Below the pieces are notes generated by a model. It was not told the DNA's origin and made no database searches. It saw nothing but the letters and a program-made list of their open reading frames with translations. Source: Kiritimatiellia bacterium (GTDB lineage: Bacteria; Verrucomicrobiota; Kiritimatiellia; RFP12; UBA1067). Taken from it: DNA of 64,000 bases. Below, in pieces: positions 48,542 through 59,713 of this stretch. Within the stretch, counting starts at the first letter, position 1. Each line of letters opens with the position of its first letter. The DNA is taken from the NCBI GenBank assembly GCA_045595285.1, contig JAZOAC010000164.1, positions 11,386 to 75,385 on the forward strand. The letters run 5' to 3'. The translations under genes were made by a program, and so were the position numbers.

Positions 48542-51166
48542 TCACAAGTTTCTCCACTCGGCGGAAATCAGGCCTTCGTTCCCGCAATTCAGAGTCGATA
48601 CGCCCGGCTGGTCCACCTTGATTCCGTGAAGAACTCCGTTCCCGATCGAACGCCCCTGTCCATCAATGTATATCGGAGCACGACCGAAGGACGGACGCAT
48701 CGACGTCACAATCGTCACCTCCAGCCTTGCTTTTTTCCCGGCCATCGCCCCGGGTACCTTCCATTCGAACGGAGCGAGTGCGCGCTCACCGAGATCTATC
48801 CCGCCCAGCCTTACGCACGCAATCAGACCCGCGGTGTCGAGAGCAAGGACATTCCCCTCCACCACAACGTCGGCACTGTACGTCACTTCGCCGGCGAAGT
48901 CCTCAAGGCCAATGTCGGACAGCCTCCCGAGAGAAGATGCCGTTTCCGGGCAATCAAACACCACACCGGGCTCGCGCGCCCCGAATCTGCCGCAAAACCA
49001 CAGCGCAGGCAGATAAATATTGCCGTCGTTTCTCCCTTCAAGACGCAGATCATACTCCCCTGCCGCCAGCGTAAAGGGAGCAGTCTCCCCATACATACCG
49101 GAGTAGGAGAACGGAACGTTTCCGCTAGACCGATCGGGAACGACCAACTTTCCATTGACGGATATCTTGACCTTCCCCTTGGGGCAGTCGCAGACGATCC
49201 AGCGGACGTTCTCTATCGGATCCTTCACGACAAGTCTCGCCGTGTTGTTTGTCGTGAACCAGATTCGGCGAAGACTCGGCCGATCAAGCGACAACTTCCA
49301 TGAATCCGCCTTCACCGGAGTGGATTTCACCGTATTCCCGCGAGAACGGACTGTCTTGTCGAAGATGACACGTCCGCAGGCAGGGAGATCGAAAACATCG
49401 CCACGGCCGAGACGCAGCCCCGTGAAGTCAGTATCCGTGAGATTCAACACAACGCCCGTGCCGTCGGCATAATTGCGGACGAGAAGTCCCGGCACAACAT
49501 TGCCGGCGCTGTCAACCGCTCGCCATAACCCGTCCGTCTCTGCGTAAAGCCAGTCGCGAACCTCTTCAGGCGACGAAAACTCCCTGCCGCACCTCTCCTC
49601 GACAATCTTGTCTCCCCTGAAGCCGAAGATGTACTTCAGTCCGCTCTTGTCGTCTTCCTGAAGAAGCTCGAATGAGACCTGTCCCCAGCTCAGTTCCCGC
49701 ACGAGCGGATTGAACGGCGGGGACTTCTCTCCCGGAGCGAATCTCTTGAGCGCAAGGCGTCCGATAAGCCTCTGCGGATACCTGACTCCCACATTACGGA
49801 CAAAACGCTTGCGGCTCCACTTCGCCGCAAGTCTTGCCTCGTCATGAAGTCCGGCGCAGTGCGCGAACCACGGCTGAGCGGGGCTTGCCATCATGGCATA
49901 TGCGCTCTTTTCGAGAAATCCGAGGGCGGTCACCTGATAGAGAGACGTGAAATAATGGTCCATTCCGTAAAGCGCACACGTCCAAAAAGCCTGCGCCATC
50001 TGTCCATGCGTGATGTCGAGCGGACCAAGCGCATAGAGTTCCACGCCGCCTGGGCAGGAGAGGAAGTCACCGGGCTTTGAATTATGCTCGATGCCATACT
50101 GTGCGGTGGAGTACGTCAGCCACTCATCCTCCTTCTGTACACGGACCGGATAGCTCTTTGGGAGATTGATGCGTATCTTGTCCATACCCGGAAGCGTCAT
50201 GCCGCAGATGGAATTGAGAGGAAGACCGTTCCAGTTGCTCGAAGTGAGGGGCGAACCCTCTCCGATCATATGTCCGCACAATTTGATTCCCATCTTGTCG
50301 CACCATGCGGATATCTGGTCGAAGTAGGCGCGGCGGAACTGACGACCTTTCAGCTCCGTGTAGAGTTCCCAGACACGTGTCTTCGAAGAATCGCGAAGCG
50401 ACTCCTCCACGTCTTTCCGGAAGTCACATCCCGTCAGCTCGCAATACTGCGCCTCGAGCTCCTTCCACCAGCGGAAGGTGACGACGGGCTTGGGGTTCTT
50501 CCACTTCATTATCGACGGATGCGCCGGTTCGTCCGTGAAGATTCCGAGTATGGTTCCGTCGCGGAAATACTCGCCGAAGCGTTTTTCATACACTTCGTGG
50601 GTGAGTTCCATGAAGCGGCGTATGGCGTCTTCGGAGTATGCGTTGACGTCGTAGTACGGATCGTACATCGAAAGCTGGTCATTTCGCTTCACTTCCCAGT
50701 CGAACGATCCGTCGTCGCGGCGGCGCACCGCATATTCGGTATAGGTCCATTCGGGATTCTCCATCGGCACGCGCCCCCTGCAGCTGCCGCTGGGCCAGTT
50801 GTATTCATCGTAAAGCCAGATGTGTCCGCCCACCGACCTTGCCTCGCGCAGCATGTGCCCGACAAAGTCAAGCCACTCTTCGCCCATGTATTCGATTTTA
50901 AGTCCGCTGCGCGCATAGACCACCCACTGCTTGAATCCGGCCTTAACCGATTCCTGTACTATCTCCCGCGCATCCTTCGCCCCGGGTCTGCCGCTAATCG
51001 CAGTGAACAGAATAAGCGGCGAATCCCCGCCCGTGCCTTTATCTCGAGTGGGCGAATCCGCTCCAGAGGCAATTAGCGGAACAGACGAAAAGACCGCGGA
51101 CAGAACTGCCGCAAACATCAACGCAATTCTATATGATGTGAACAGACGCAAAGACAAGTGCTTCAT
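48542..51166 (-). CDS. GH106-like glycoside hydrolase, exported
   Basis: YARSGLKIEYMGEEW, WLYDEYNWPSG, GIFTDEP, GHMIGE, PGMD. Confidence 0.72.
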   Translation of the reverse strand: MKHLSLRLFTSYRIALMFAAVLSAVFSSVPLIASGADSPTRDKGTGGDSPLILFTAISGRPGAKDAREIVQESVKAGFKQWVVYARSGLKIEYMGEEWLDFVGHMLREARSVGGHIWLYDEYNWPSGSCRGRVPMENPEWTYTEYAVRRRDDGSFDWEVKRNDQLSMYDPYYDVNAYSEDAIRRFMELTHEVYEKRFGEYFRDGTILGIFTDEPAHPSIMKWKNPKPVVTFRWWKELEAQYCELTGCDFRKDVEESLRDSSKTRVWELYTELKGRQFRRAYFDQISAWCDKMGIKLCGHMIGEGSPLTSSNWNGLPLNSICGMTLPGMDKIRINLPKSYPVRVQKEDEWLTYSTAQYGIEHNSKPGDFLSCPGGVELYALGPLDITHGQMAQAFWTCALYGMDHYFTSLYQVTALGFLEKSAYAMMASPAQPWFAHCAGLHDEARLAAKWSRKRFVRNVGVRYPQRLIGRLALKRFAPGEKSPPFNPLVRELSWGQVSFELLQEDDKSGLKYIFGFRGDKIVEERCGREFSSPEEVRDWLYAETDGLWRAVDSAGNVVPGLLVRNYADGTGVVLNLTDTDFTGLRLGRGDVFDLPACGRVIFDKTVRSRGNTVKSTPVKADSWKLSLDRPSLRRIWFTTNNTARLVVKDPIENVRWIVCDCPKGKVKISVNGKLVVPDRSSGNVPFSYSGMYGETAPFTLAAGEYDLRLEGRNDGNIYLPALWFCGRFGAREPGVVFDCPETASSLGRLSDIGLEDFAGEVTYSADVVVEGNVLALDTAGLIACVRLGGIDLGERALAPFEWKVPGAMAGKKARLEVTIVTSMRPSFGRAPIYIDGQGRSIGNGVLHGIKVDQPGVSTLNCGNEGLISAEWRNL

Positions 51167-51285
51167 ATTTACACACTTCCCCTCATTATGTTATTTTCCG
51201 GCAGTTTCATATGTTTGCTCCTTTCTTGCTTCACAGCTCTTTTACAAATCACATAAGAATAGCCTGAAATACCGCATCGGCCCAC

Positions 51286-51358
51286 ATTGTACTAAATGCC
51301 GCACATCGGGTTCAATGCAATTTTTTGCAATACTCAATAATATTTTCGCAACTCAAAA
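51286..51358 (-). promoter_or_regulatory. Promoter with direct-repeat operator (copy B), divergent from XylR-type gene
   Basis: TACAAT at 51291-86; TTTTTGCAA at 51322, TTTTCGCAA at 51343; near-identical to 48362-48434. Confidence 0.7.
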
Positions 51359-51384
51359 CAGAATTTTGTTATATAATTCCAGCC

Positions 51385-52587
51385 ATGAACACAAAGAAGA
51401 AATACCGGATCGGATTGATCGTCGAACGCTCCAGAGCATTTGGGCGAAAACTGTGTGAAGGCATAATAACATACGCACAGGACCGTGACGATTGGTATCT
51501 GCAGTTCCTGACCCCCAGCGATTTGCGCCGGCGACAAATCCGCGACAATCTCGACGGCTTCATAGCACGTGTAACATCAAATGCTTTTGCACGTCTTCTG
51601 AAATCAACAGGGATGCCGGTGGTGGATATATATTACGAAAATCCGCTTCCGGGTTTCGCCGTAGTGAAAACCAAGCATGAAGCCGTAGGGATCCTTGCCG
51701 CAGAACATTTCATAGACAGGAGATTCAAGAACTTCGCCTATTGCCCGTACGGAGGCGGACGCACGTCTGCATATTGCCGAAAGTCTTTTATACGGCGTCT
51801 GAGACGCGCCGGATTTGAATGCAATGTATACTCCACAAAAAACGAGCCGTCATACTGCATAGACGGATCGGACCACATCAGCGACGTCCTTTCACCGCCC
51901 AAGGATGCGAAGCAGCTCGAAAAATGGCTGGCTTCGCTTCCCAAGCCTGTGGCCATATTCTGTCCGAGCGATCTCAGAGCCTGGCAGATAAACGAAATAT
52001 GCCATTCTTCCGGAATAAACGTACCGAGAGAGGTCGCAATACTCGGACTGGACAACGACATCATAATATGCGGCACATCCAAGCCCATGATCTCCAGCAT
52101 TGATCCCGATGCGCAGAAGATCGGCTACACCGCGGCGGAAACTCTCACGGAAATGATGGAGAACGGCATTCCTGAACGGATGATCATAAGGCAGATACCT
52201 CCCTCCGGAGTAGTGACAAGGGCGTCATCCGAAACTGCTCCGGTAGAACCCGCATGGCTCGCGGACGCACTCGTGTACATTCAGCGCAATGCAAAACACG
52301 GCATATCCGCCTCGGACGTTTTCGCAGAGCTTAACCTGTCCCACACTCTGGTCACAAGAGCCTTCCGCAAAACCCTCGGCGTAACAGTGCAGGGGGAAAT
52401 CGCCAGAACCCGGCTTGAAGAAGCCCGCAGACTTTTATCCATGACCGACCTGAGCATCACCCAGATTGCAAAGCACTCCGGGTTCAACTCGACAACATAC
52501 TTCATGCAATCGTTTTCCAAAGCCTACGGCATTGCCCCTGGCTTATGGAGAACAAATCTTAACCCGACTTTCCACGTTCGACCCTAA
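51385..52587 (+). CDS. XylR-type regulator (LacI-type ligand domain + AraC HTH)
   Basis: FGRKLCEGI, DGFIAR, LPKPVAIFCPSD, VAILGLDND, IAKHSGFNSTTYF. Confidence 0.9.
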   Translation: MNTKKKYRIGLIVERSRAFGRKLCEGIITYAQDRDDWYLQFLTPSDLRRRQIRDNLDGFIARVTSNAFARLLKSTGMPVVDIYYENPLPGFAVVKTKHEAVGILAAEHFIDRRFKNFAYCPYGGGRTSAYCRKSFIRRLRRAGFECNVYSTKNEPSYCIDGSDHISDVLSPPKDAKQLEKWLASLPKPVAIFCPSDLRAWQINEICHSSGINVPREVAILGLDNDIIICGTSKPMISSIDPDAQKIGYTAAETLTEMMENGIPERMIIRQIPPSGVVTRASSETAPVEPAWLADALVYIQRNAKHGISASDVFAELNLSHTLVTRAFRKTLGVTVQGEIARTRLEEARRLLSMTDLSITQIAKHSGFNSTTYFMQSFSKAYGIAPGLWRTNLNPTFHVRP

Positions 52588-52735
52588 GTTTAACTTTTTT
52601 CATGGAAAATAAGGCCCTTGGGGAAATGCAGCATGCGGCGTCACAGAACCTCTACGGGGACTTCATCAATCGCGCATTCTCGGAAGATAGGCCACTACGC
52701 CTTATCAGCAGTCCGCCAGAATCTAGCGACTAAAA

Positions 52736-53575
52736 TCAAAAAGCCAGATTCATTCCAAAACGGAACATCGTAAAGTCACGGCGGTAGTTCCCATGCACAC
52801 CGTCGCGCGCATCGGACGAGACGATCCCAAACTGCTGCAGCATGGCATGGAATGAAAGATTCTCAGTCGCCGTCCATCTCATTGATATCTGTGCAATGCA
52901 GGAGCCGATGCCGGTATGGTATTTACCGGACTCCTTTTTGCCGAATCGCGATTCAAAAAGCCTGTTGCTTCCCGTCTCAACAAAGAATCCGGGCGTAACC
53001 TCAAGGGGACGCGGATTCCCTGCATCCCCGAAATCACACACCTCGAACGGTTTGGACAGGCCATACTGGAAATACACCCAGCTTGCGTTGATCAAGCCGC
53101 GGCGTATCAGCGCCGACGGCACGACGTACGGGTTTTTGAACGAACCCACATACCAAAGTTCATAGGAGGAATTATCGCTGTCCCCGCGATACGGCTCTAT
53201 GTTCTGTGGAACCGTAATCCACCAGTTCATGAATTCGGTCGACAGCGTGAAGTCCTCGGACAGTTCCAGATCATGATGCCAAAACGCAGCGAAATCCACC
53301 TCGTTGAACGCCCGGCGATGGATGTGGGACCGGCGATTGCAAAGGGACGAATAGTTCCAGTGCATCACGCCAACCCTGCCGAACGGACCGACATCGGCAT
53401 GCATGCGAACGTCAACCACCGCCACAGGACGATCTTCCGCCACCCGCATACGCGAATGATACGCAGACCGAAACTGCAAATCGGCATTGACGCCAAATGG
53501 TGCGACATCAACTCCGGCAACCGCAGAAACAGCCGCCACCCCCACAGCAATTGCCAGCGCTACAGACCTTTTCAT
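52736..53575 (-). CDS. Putative outer-membrane beta-barrel protein
   Basis: Signal peptide; amphipathic strands; EVDF motif; C-terminal FGMNLAF. Confidence 0.6.
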   Translation of the reverse strand: MKRSVALAIAVGVAAVSAVAGVDVAPFGVNADLQFRSAYHSRMRVAEDRPVAVVDVRMHADVGPFGRVGVMHWNYSSLCNRRSHIHRRAFNEVDFAAFWHHDLELSEDFTLSTEFMNWWITVPQNIEPYRGDSDNSSYELWYVGSFKNPYVVPSALIRRGLINASWVYFQYGLSKPFEVCDFGDAGNPRPLEVTPGFFVETGSNRLFESRFGKKESGKYHTGIGSCIAQISMRWTATENLSFHAMLQQFGIVSSDARDGVHGNYRRDFTMFRFGMNLAF

Positions 53576-53681
53576 CTTTGATCTTTGGTGGATATCCACG
53601 CAATGTCCCTGCCGTCAGATATTCCAGCCGCTGAAGTACGGTGTAACGTAGAGTCTGTCGGCGACATAAGCATTTCAAAAC

Positions 53682-53758
53682 TGGGGCAAGAGACGGGGTA
53701 CGATCCCGCAACCCTCAGAATCACAATCTGATGCTCTACCAATTGAGCTACTCTCGCC
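53682..53758 (-). tRNA. tRNA-His(GTG)
   Basis: G(-1)GCGAGAG...anticodon arm TCAGA-TTGTGAT-TCTGA...CTCTTGC-C-CCA; G-1:C73 His identity. Confidence 0.95.
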
Positions 53759-53959
53759 ATGAGGTGTAAAACGGCGCACATTATATCAAAGAGGCTCGTT
53801 AAAGACAATCCCCATTTTTCAGTTTTTTGGTCGCATTTACTTTGTCTTGTCACCGCATTCATGATTTCGACGAGAAATCGTAAACGAAGGCGACGAATAT
53901 GGTATAATCTGCAGTAATTATTTTTGAGCTTTACGACACATTAACAAAAGAGTTCCGAA

Positions 53960-56467
53960 ATGGCAGAAGAACAGAACGATCAGGTTGTTCCAGAGGAGGC
54001 TCCCGCCGCCGGCATCCTTGAAAACGTCAACATCGAAGACGAAATGGCCCGTGACTACATCGACTATTCGATGTCCGTCATCGTGGGCCGTGCGCTCCCC
54101 GACGTGCGCGACGGCCTGAAGCCCGTACATCGCCGCTGCCTGTATGCGATGCACATGCTCAACAACACATGGAACTCGAAGCACCTCAAGAGCGCCCGAA
54201 TCGTCGGCGACGTGATCGGCAAGTACCACCCGCACGGCGACACGGCGGTGTACGACACGATCGTGCGCATGGCGCAGGACTTCTCGCTCAGGTGCCCGCT
54301 CGTGGACGGCCACGGAAACTTCGGCTCCATCGACGGAGACCGCGCCGCCGCCATGCGCTACACCGAAGTGCGCATGCAGAAGATCACGGAGGAGATGCTC
54401 AACGACCTCGAGAAGGAGACCGTCGACATGGTCCCCAACTACGACGAGACGACGAAGGAACCGTCCGTCCTCCCCGCAAAGCTTCCCAACCTGCTCCTTA
54501 ACGGATCGTCCGGCATCGCCGTGGGCATGGCCACGAACATCCCGCCGCACAACCTTGGCGAACTCTGCGACGGCATCACGCATTACGTGGACAACCCCGA
54601 CTGCACGATTGACGACCTCATGCAGTTCGTGAAGGGTCCGGACTTTCCGACCGGCGCGCAGATCTGCGGCCACAACGGAATCTCCTCAATGTACAAGCTC
54701 GGCCGCGGACAGCTCCGCGTGCGCGGCAAGGCCGACATCGAGACGGAGAAGAACGGGCGCGAACGCATCGTCATCACTGAGATCCCCTACGCGGTGAACA
54801 AGCGCGAGATGATCATCCACATGGCGAACCACGTCAAGGAAAAGGTCATTGAAGGCATATCCGACATCCGCGACGAATCCAAGGCAGACGTCCGGATCGT
54901 CGTCGAACTCAAGCGCGACGCCGTTGGCCAGATCGTGCTGAACAACCTCTACAAGCACACGGAACTCCAGACGACGTTCGGAGCCATCATGCTCGCCATC
55001 GACGGGGGCAGGCCCAAGATCCTCAACCTGAAGCAGTTCTTCAAGTGCTATACAGACCATCGCTTTGACGTCATAACGCGCCGCACGCGCTTCGAGCTCC
55101 GCAAGGCCGAGGCACGCAAGCACATCCTGGACGGATTGATCCTCGCGATCTCCAACCTGGACGAAGTCGTCAGGATAATCCGCGCATCCAAGAACCGCGA
55201 AGAGGCGAAGACCGCCCTCGTGGAGCGCTTCGGCTTCTCCGACGCCCAGGTGAACGCAATCCTCGAGATGCGCCTCTATCAGCTCACCGGGCTCGAGATG
55301 GAGAAGCTCCAGAACGAACTCGCCGAGCTCCTGGCGAAGATCGCCGACCTCAAGGCAATCCTTGCGGACGCAGGACGCGTCTACCAGATCATCAAGGACG
55401 ACCTCGCGTTCATCAAGGAGAAGTTCGCGGGCAGGAAGGATTCGGTGCGCCGCACGGAGATCATCGCGGACGAAAATGAAGTGTCCCTCAAGGATCTCAT
55501 CGCCGACGAACCCTGCGTAATCACCCTTTCCAACCGCGGCTACGTCAAGCGCGTACCCCTCACGGAATACAAGGAGCAAAACCGCGGAGGGCGCGGCGTC
55601 AAGGGTGCGCAGATCAAGGAGGAGGACTTCCTCCGTCTCGTGTTCGTCGCAGAGACGCACGACTCGCTCATGTTCTTCACGAACACCGGCCGTCTTTTCC
55701 TCAAGGATGCGTATGAAATCCCCGAGGCGCCACGCACAAGCTTCGGCAAGCCTCTGGTGAACTTCCTCAGCCTCCAGGAGGGCGAGCAGGTTCTCCGGCT
55801 CCTGCCGATCCGCAGCTTTGACGGCGATATCGACGTGATGTTCGCCACGAAGAACGGCACCGTCAAAAAGACCCTTCTTGGCGACTTCAAGAACGTGAAC
55901 CGCAGCGGCATCCGCGCCATCAACATCGAGGAAGGCGATGCGCTCGTGGAGGTGCGTCTCGTCAAGCCCGGCGAAGACGTTCTCATGATCACAAAGAACG
56001 GCATCGGCACCCGCTTCAACTCGGACGAGATCAGGCGCATGGGCCGCACCGCGACAGGCGTTCGCGGCATCAAGCTCCGCTCGGACGATCAGGTGTGCTC
56101 GCTCGACGTTGTAGACGAGTCGAAGACGCTCCTCATCGCCACCGAAAACGGCTACGGCAAGCGCACGGAGTTCAATGCCTACGATCCCAAGCACCGCGGT
56201 GGAATGGGCGTCACCGCCATCAAGGGCGCCGACCGCAACGGCTTCGTGGTGTCCGCCCACGCCGTGGCTGACGATGAGTCCATCATCACCATCACGTCCG
56301 ACGGTCTCATGGTGCGCCAGCGCGTGAGCGACATCACTGTCGTCGGCCGCTCCGGGATGGGCGTTCGCCTTGTGCGACTCACCGAAGGCGCGAAGCTCGT
56401 GTCCGTATCGGTCGTCGAGGCAGACGAGGAACACTCTGCCGAGACTCAAGCTGAACCCGACGCGTAA
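53960..56467 (+). CDS. gyrA: DNA gyrase subunit A
   Basis: [30 protein letters not shown] catalytic Tyr, GyrA box QNRGGRG; TGGTATAAT promoter ~53900. Confidence 0.97.
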   Translation: MAEEQNDQVVPEEAPAAGILENVNIEDEMARDYIDYSMSVIVGRALPDVRDGLKPVHRRCLYAMHMLNNTWNSKHLKSARIVGDVIGKYHPHGDTAVYDTIVRMAQDFSLRCPLVDGHGNFGSIDGDRAAAMRYTEVRMQKITEEMLNDLEKETVDMVPNYDETTKEPSVLPAKLPNLLLNGSSGIAVGMATNIPPHNLGELCDGITHYVDNPDCTIDDLMQFVKGPDFPTGAQICGHNGISSMYKLGRGQLRVRGKADIETEKNGRERIVITEIPYAVNKREMIIHMANHVKEKVIEGISDIRDESKADVRIVVELKRDAVGQIVLNNLYKHTELQTTFGAIMLAIDGGRPKILNLKQFFKCYTDHRFDVITRRTRFELRKAEARKHILDGLILAISNLDEVVRIIRASKNREEAKTALVERFGFSDAQVNAILEMRLYQLTGLEMEKLQNELAELLAKIADLKAILADAGRVYQIIKDDLAFIKEKFAGRKDSVRRTEIIADENEVSLKDLIADEPCVITLSNRGYVKRVPLTEYKEQNRGGRGVKGAQIKEEDFLRLVFVAETHDSLMFFTNTGRLFLKDAYEIPEAPRTSFGKPLVNFLSLQEGEQVLRLLPIRSFDGDIDVMFATKNGTVKKTLLGDFKNVNRSGIRAINIEEGDALVEVRLVKPGEDVLMITKNGIGTRFNSDEIRRMGRTATGVRGIKLRSDDQVCSLDVVDESKTLLIATENGYGKRTEFNAYDPKHRGGMGVTAIKGADRNGFVVSAHAVADDESIITITSDGLMVRQRVSDITVVGRSGMGVRLVRLTEGAKLVSVSVVEADEEHSAETQAEPDA

Positions 56468-56667
56468 TGCGGTCTATCGCCGCACCCGTCCTGTTCCATT
56501 CCCGAAGACAAGCGTCTCCACTTCCCGGATGGTGCAAGGTTGGGGTCGTGCCCGTTCAAATGCAATCCGTTCCAACACCATCAAAGGCGGGATTCCGGAA
56601 TTTGAGGTGCAGGATCAAATTGCGATTATGCGCCTGACGATATGGTGCGTAGCGGACAGCTACAACA

Positions 56668-58464
56668 TCACTCTTCGTCCTCTTCGCCGAAGAGTTCCTT
56701 GAGGACGGTCTCGTAGCCCTTGGCCTTGAGCGAATCGCCCTTTGCGCGACAGACGTCCGCCAATGCCCTGTAGGCCTTGGCGCGGGCCTTCATCCCCTGC
56801 GCACCGGCATTGCGCGCGATTGCGTCCGCAAGGGTCTTCTCCGCGGCGTCAAACTCGCCTTTGCGGAACTCCAGAAGGCCCAAGGCAAGCGCGGCGGCCG
56901 CTCCCTCATCGGTTTCGGCCCTCACGGACATCGCCCTGCGGTATGCGGCTATCGCCTCATCAGAACGCGACAGACCTTCAAGGGCCTGTCCCTCCCGAGC
57001 GGCGGCGACCTGCATGAAAGCGGGATCCCGCGAACGCTTCGCCAAAGCCTGCGCACCTTTCAGGACCGCATCCCACTCCGAATGCTCGGAAAGCAGCTTC
57101 ACCACGGCGGCAAGATGCGCCGCCGCCATGCGGTCCGCCGCACCTGTCACCATGAGTTTTGAATAGCGTCTGGCCGCTTCGGCCGCTTTCCCGGAACGCG
57201 CCTCGAAATCGGCTATGAGCAGGTTCGCCTCCCGCGTCTGGTCGAGAGTGAGACCAAGCTTGAGCGCTTCTTCAAGACGCGATGCGCCCTCAACGTCGTG
57301 TCCAAGGCGCATGGCGGCGACACCCTTCCAGTAGAGAGCCTCGCTTCTGCGCGGCAGGTCAGGGAAACGCTTCAGCGCCTCTTCAAGCGCAAGCTCACCC
57401 GCATTCCAGTTCCCGGCGCGCAGATCGGCCAGGGCATTCGCGAACAGCGCCTCTCCGGCGGCGGGATCGTTCGGCCATTTCATCGCAATGCGACGGTATT
57501 CGGCGCGGGCCTCGTCGAGCGCGCCGGCCTTCTCGTGCGCCCAGGCCAGACGCAGCGCGTCCGACGCAGCCCCCGTGGCCGCCGCCGCAAGCTTTGCCGC
57601 CTGCACCGCAGCCTGCATGTCGCCCTTCTTCACGGCCGCATCGAAGCGGGCGCGCTGGACAGGCAATTCCGCAGATGCGCGATAGCGGCCCTTCGGATGC
57701 GCTTCAAGATACCTGTCGAGCTCGGTAAGCCCCTGCTCCTTCCGGTCCAGCGCAATCAGGGAAGAGGCGCGAAGATAGAAAAGGTCGTCCTCCATGCTTT
57801 CACCGCATGCGCTCATGCACTCGGTGTAACGTCCGGCGAGGAACGCACTCCAGGCATAGGGAACGGTGGCGGCCTTTGCCCTTGCTCCGTCCGGGCTTGA
57901 CTTCCGCAGCCGTCCGAAGAGTATTGCGGCCTCGTTCCAGCGCCTGTCGCCGTATGCGAGAGTCGCAGCGGCATAGAGAGCCTCCTCCGCCACAGACTTC
58001 TCCGAAGACAGAGACAGGTCGAGGAAGACTCCCGTTGCCTCGCGGCGTTCAGCCGGCTTGTCGCTCTTCGCAAGGATGAGAGCGCGCTTCAGACGCGAAA
58101 AGGACGCGTATCTGCCATCCGGATCAGTCTGCTCGCATTTGAGGAACAGCGAAGCGTCATTGCGCGCACAGGCAAGCCTGTACATGGCGACGGCACGCAT
58201 GGATGCCGGGATGTCGCGGAGAATCAGCGAATCATATGCCGCCAAAGCCTCCTTCTCCCGTCCCAGCATGCGGTCGCACTCTGCGATGCGGAACGACACA
58301 TCGTCAGACGAGACGGTCCGCTCGCCCTTGAGCGCATTGTATTCCGCAGCCGCATCGGCATACATTCCCTTGGCGAACATCTTGTCAGCCATCTGCAGAC
58401 GGTCGGACGGCGCAAGCGCAAGCGTCGCAGCGAACAGAAGTTTACATGGCAGGACCGGCATCAT
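56668..58464 (-). CDS. Tetratricopeptide repeat protein, probably exported
   Basis: Repeated Ala-rich helical TPR-like units (EALYAAA, EALFANA, EALYWKG). Confidence 0.75.
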   Translation of the reverse strand: MMPVLPCKLLFAATLALAPSDRLQMADKMFAKGMYADAAAEYNALKGERTVSSDDVSFRIAECDRMLGREKEALAAYDSLILRDIPASMRAVAMYRLACARNDASLFLKCEQTDPDGRYASFSRLKRALILAKSDKPAERREATGVFLDLSLSSEKSVAEEALYAAATLAYGDRRWNEAAILFGRLRKSSPDGARAKAATVPYAWSAFLAGRYTECMSACGESMEDDLFYLRASSLIALDRKEQGLTELDRYLEAHPKGRYRASAELPVQRARFDAAVKKGDMQAAVQAAKLAAAATGAASDALRLAWAHEKAGALDEARAEYRRIAMKWPNDPAAGEALFANALADLRAGNWNAGELALEEALKRFPDLPRRSEALYWKGVAAMRLGHDVEGASRLEEALKLGLTLDQTREANLLIADFEARSGKAAEAARRYSKLMVTGAADRMAAAHLAAVVKLLSEHSEWDAVLKGAQALAKRSRDPAFMQVAAAREGQALEGLSRSDEAIAAYRRAMSVRAETDEGAAAALALGLLEFRKGEFDAAEKTLADAIARNAGAQGMKARAKAYRALADVCRAKGDSLKAKGYETVLKELFGEEDEE

Positions 58465-58476
58465 GGTTTGCTAACG

Positions 58477-59706
58477 TTATTTTTCAAGTTCAACAAGTGT
58501 CTCGAAACGGGCGGTGCGCGGAAACATGTCGAACAGGCGCACGCGCTTTATCCGGTAGGTTTTGACGATGGACTGAAGGTCGCGCGCGAGCGTCGCCGGA
58601 TCGCAGGACACGTAGAACAGCCGCCTGGCCTTCGAGTTCGCCAGAAACGGCGGGACATTGCGTTCCATCCCGCCACGCGGCGGATCGACGATCACCGTCG
58701 TCCGGTCGCCTATGCGGATCCGCTGAAGACTGCCGCCCACGCGTTCGCAGAAGAAATTCGCGGCGATTCCGGCGGACTTGGCGTTGGCTTTCGCGGCGAC
58801 GACGGCCTTCCGGCCGCTTTCAACCCCGACAATGCGGGGCTGGCAGGGCAAGCCTCTTCCCCTTACGCCGTTCACGCAAGACAGCCCGAACACGCCCACT
58901 CCGCTGTACAGGTCTACGACGTCTGGCGAGGACTCGACCCCGTCCGCATAGGAATCCACCACTGCCTTCACCAGCTTTTCGCCGATCTCAGGGTTCACCT
59001 GGTAGAAACCGTCCGCAGACACGTTGAATCTGATTCCGCAGGTGCGCTCGACAAGCTCCATCCCCTCCGGAGCCTTGCCGAGCCACCAACGCACGCCGTC
59101 GTCAAGCGTCCAGCGAATGGTCACTGCAGAGCGTTCGCGGGCCTCGCGGCGGATGTTGCGGGAGCCCTGCGTGAGCATCGAAAGCACCCCTGCGCGGATG
59201 GACGGAAGCGCCGCGTTTATCTCCTTGCAGGCGAGAGGATCGTACTCGACGTCTATCACGTCATGCGAAAACTCGCGCCGGTAGCCGATAAGCCATCTGC
59301 CGCCGATCTGCTGGATATGGTATGTCACCTTGTTGCGGTAATTGGAGCTTTTCCCTGCAACGACCTCGATGTGCGTATAGGACTGCCCTATACGCTCAAG
59401 GAAATTGCCGAGCTGTTCCTCCTTGAAGCGCAGTTCGGCGGCGTAGTTCACGTCGGCATACACCATCCCAGGAACGGCCGGCGATGAGGCTGGACGCGGC
59501 TCTTCAGGACGGCGAGTGCGGTCCGGAGACGCCTCGACAAGCTCGACGCAGCGGGCGCGGACGAAACTCTTCTTCTGTTCCGTCAGCTCCGCCCTGACGG
59601 TCTCTCCGGCAAAGACCCCGGGGACGAAGCACACGCGTCCATCCCCGAGACGGCCCAGTCCATCGCCGCCGTAAACGTTTTTCTCTATCTTCAGGGTGAC
59701 AGTCAT
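58477..59706 (-). CDS. rlmD: RlmD/TrmA family RNA m5U methyltransferase with TRAM domain
   Basis: GGDGLGR, YRNK, FYQVN, DLYSGVG, VDPPRGG, YVSCDPATLARDL, DMFPRT. Confidence 0.82.
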   Translation of the reverse strand: MTVTLKIEKNVYGGDGLGRLGDGRVCFVPGVFAGETVRAELTEQKKSFVRARCVELVEASPDRTRRPEEPRPASSPAVPGMVYADVNYAAELRFKEEQLGNFLERIGQSYTHIEVVAGKSSNYRNKVTYHIQQIGGRWLIGYRREFSHDVIDVEYDPLACKEINAALPSIRAGVLSMLTQGSRNIRREARERSAVTIRWTLDDGVRWWLGKAPEGMELVERTCGIRFNVSADGFYQVNPEIGEKLVKAVVDSYADGVESSPDVVDLYSGVGVFGLSCVNGVRGRGLPCQPRIVGVESGRKAVVAAKANAKSAGIAANFFCERVGGSLQRIRIGDRTTVIVDPPRGGMERNVPPFLANSKARRLFYVSCDPATLARDLQSIVKTYRIKRVRLFDMFPRTARFETLVELEK

Positions 59707-59713
59707 TGGAGCG

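Noticed and set aside
54686-56449. 587-aa antisense ORF (also 37229..38854, 11997..13220, 30570..31736)
   Set aside because: Shadow ORFs opposite well-supported genes with strong GC3 bias; no recognisable motifs
53960-56467. ParC rather than GyrA; gyrA lacking adjacent gyrB
   Set aside because: GyrA box QNRGGRG is present; unlinked gyrA/gyrB is common
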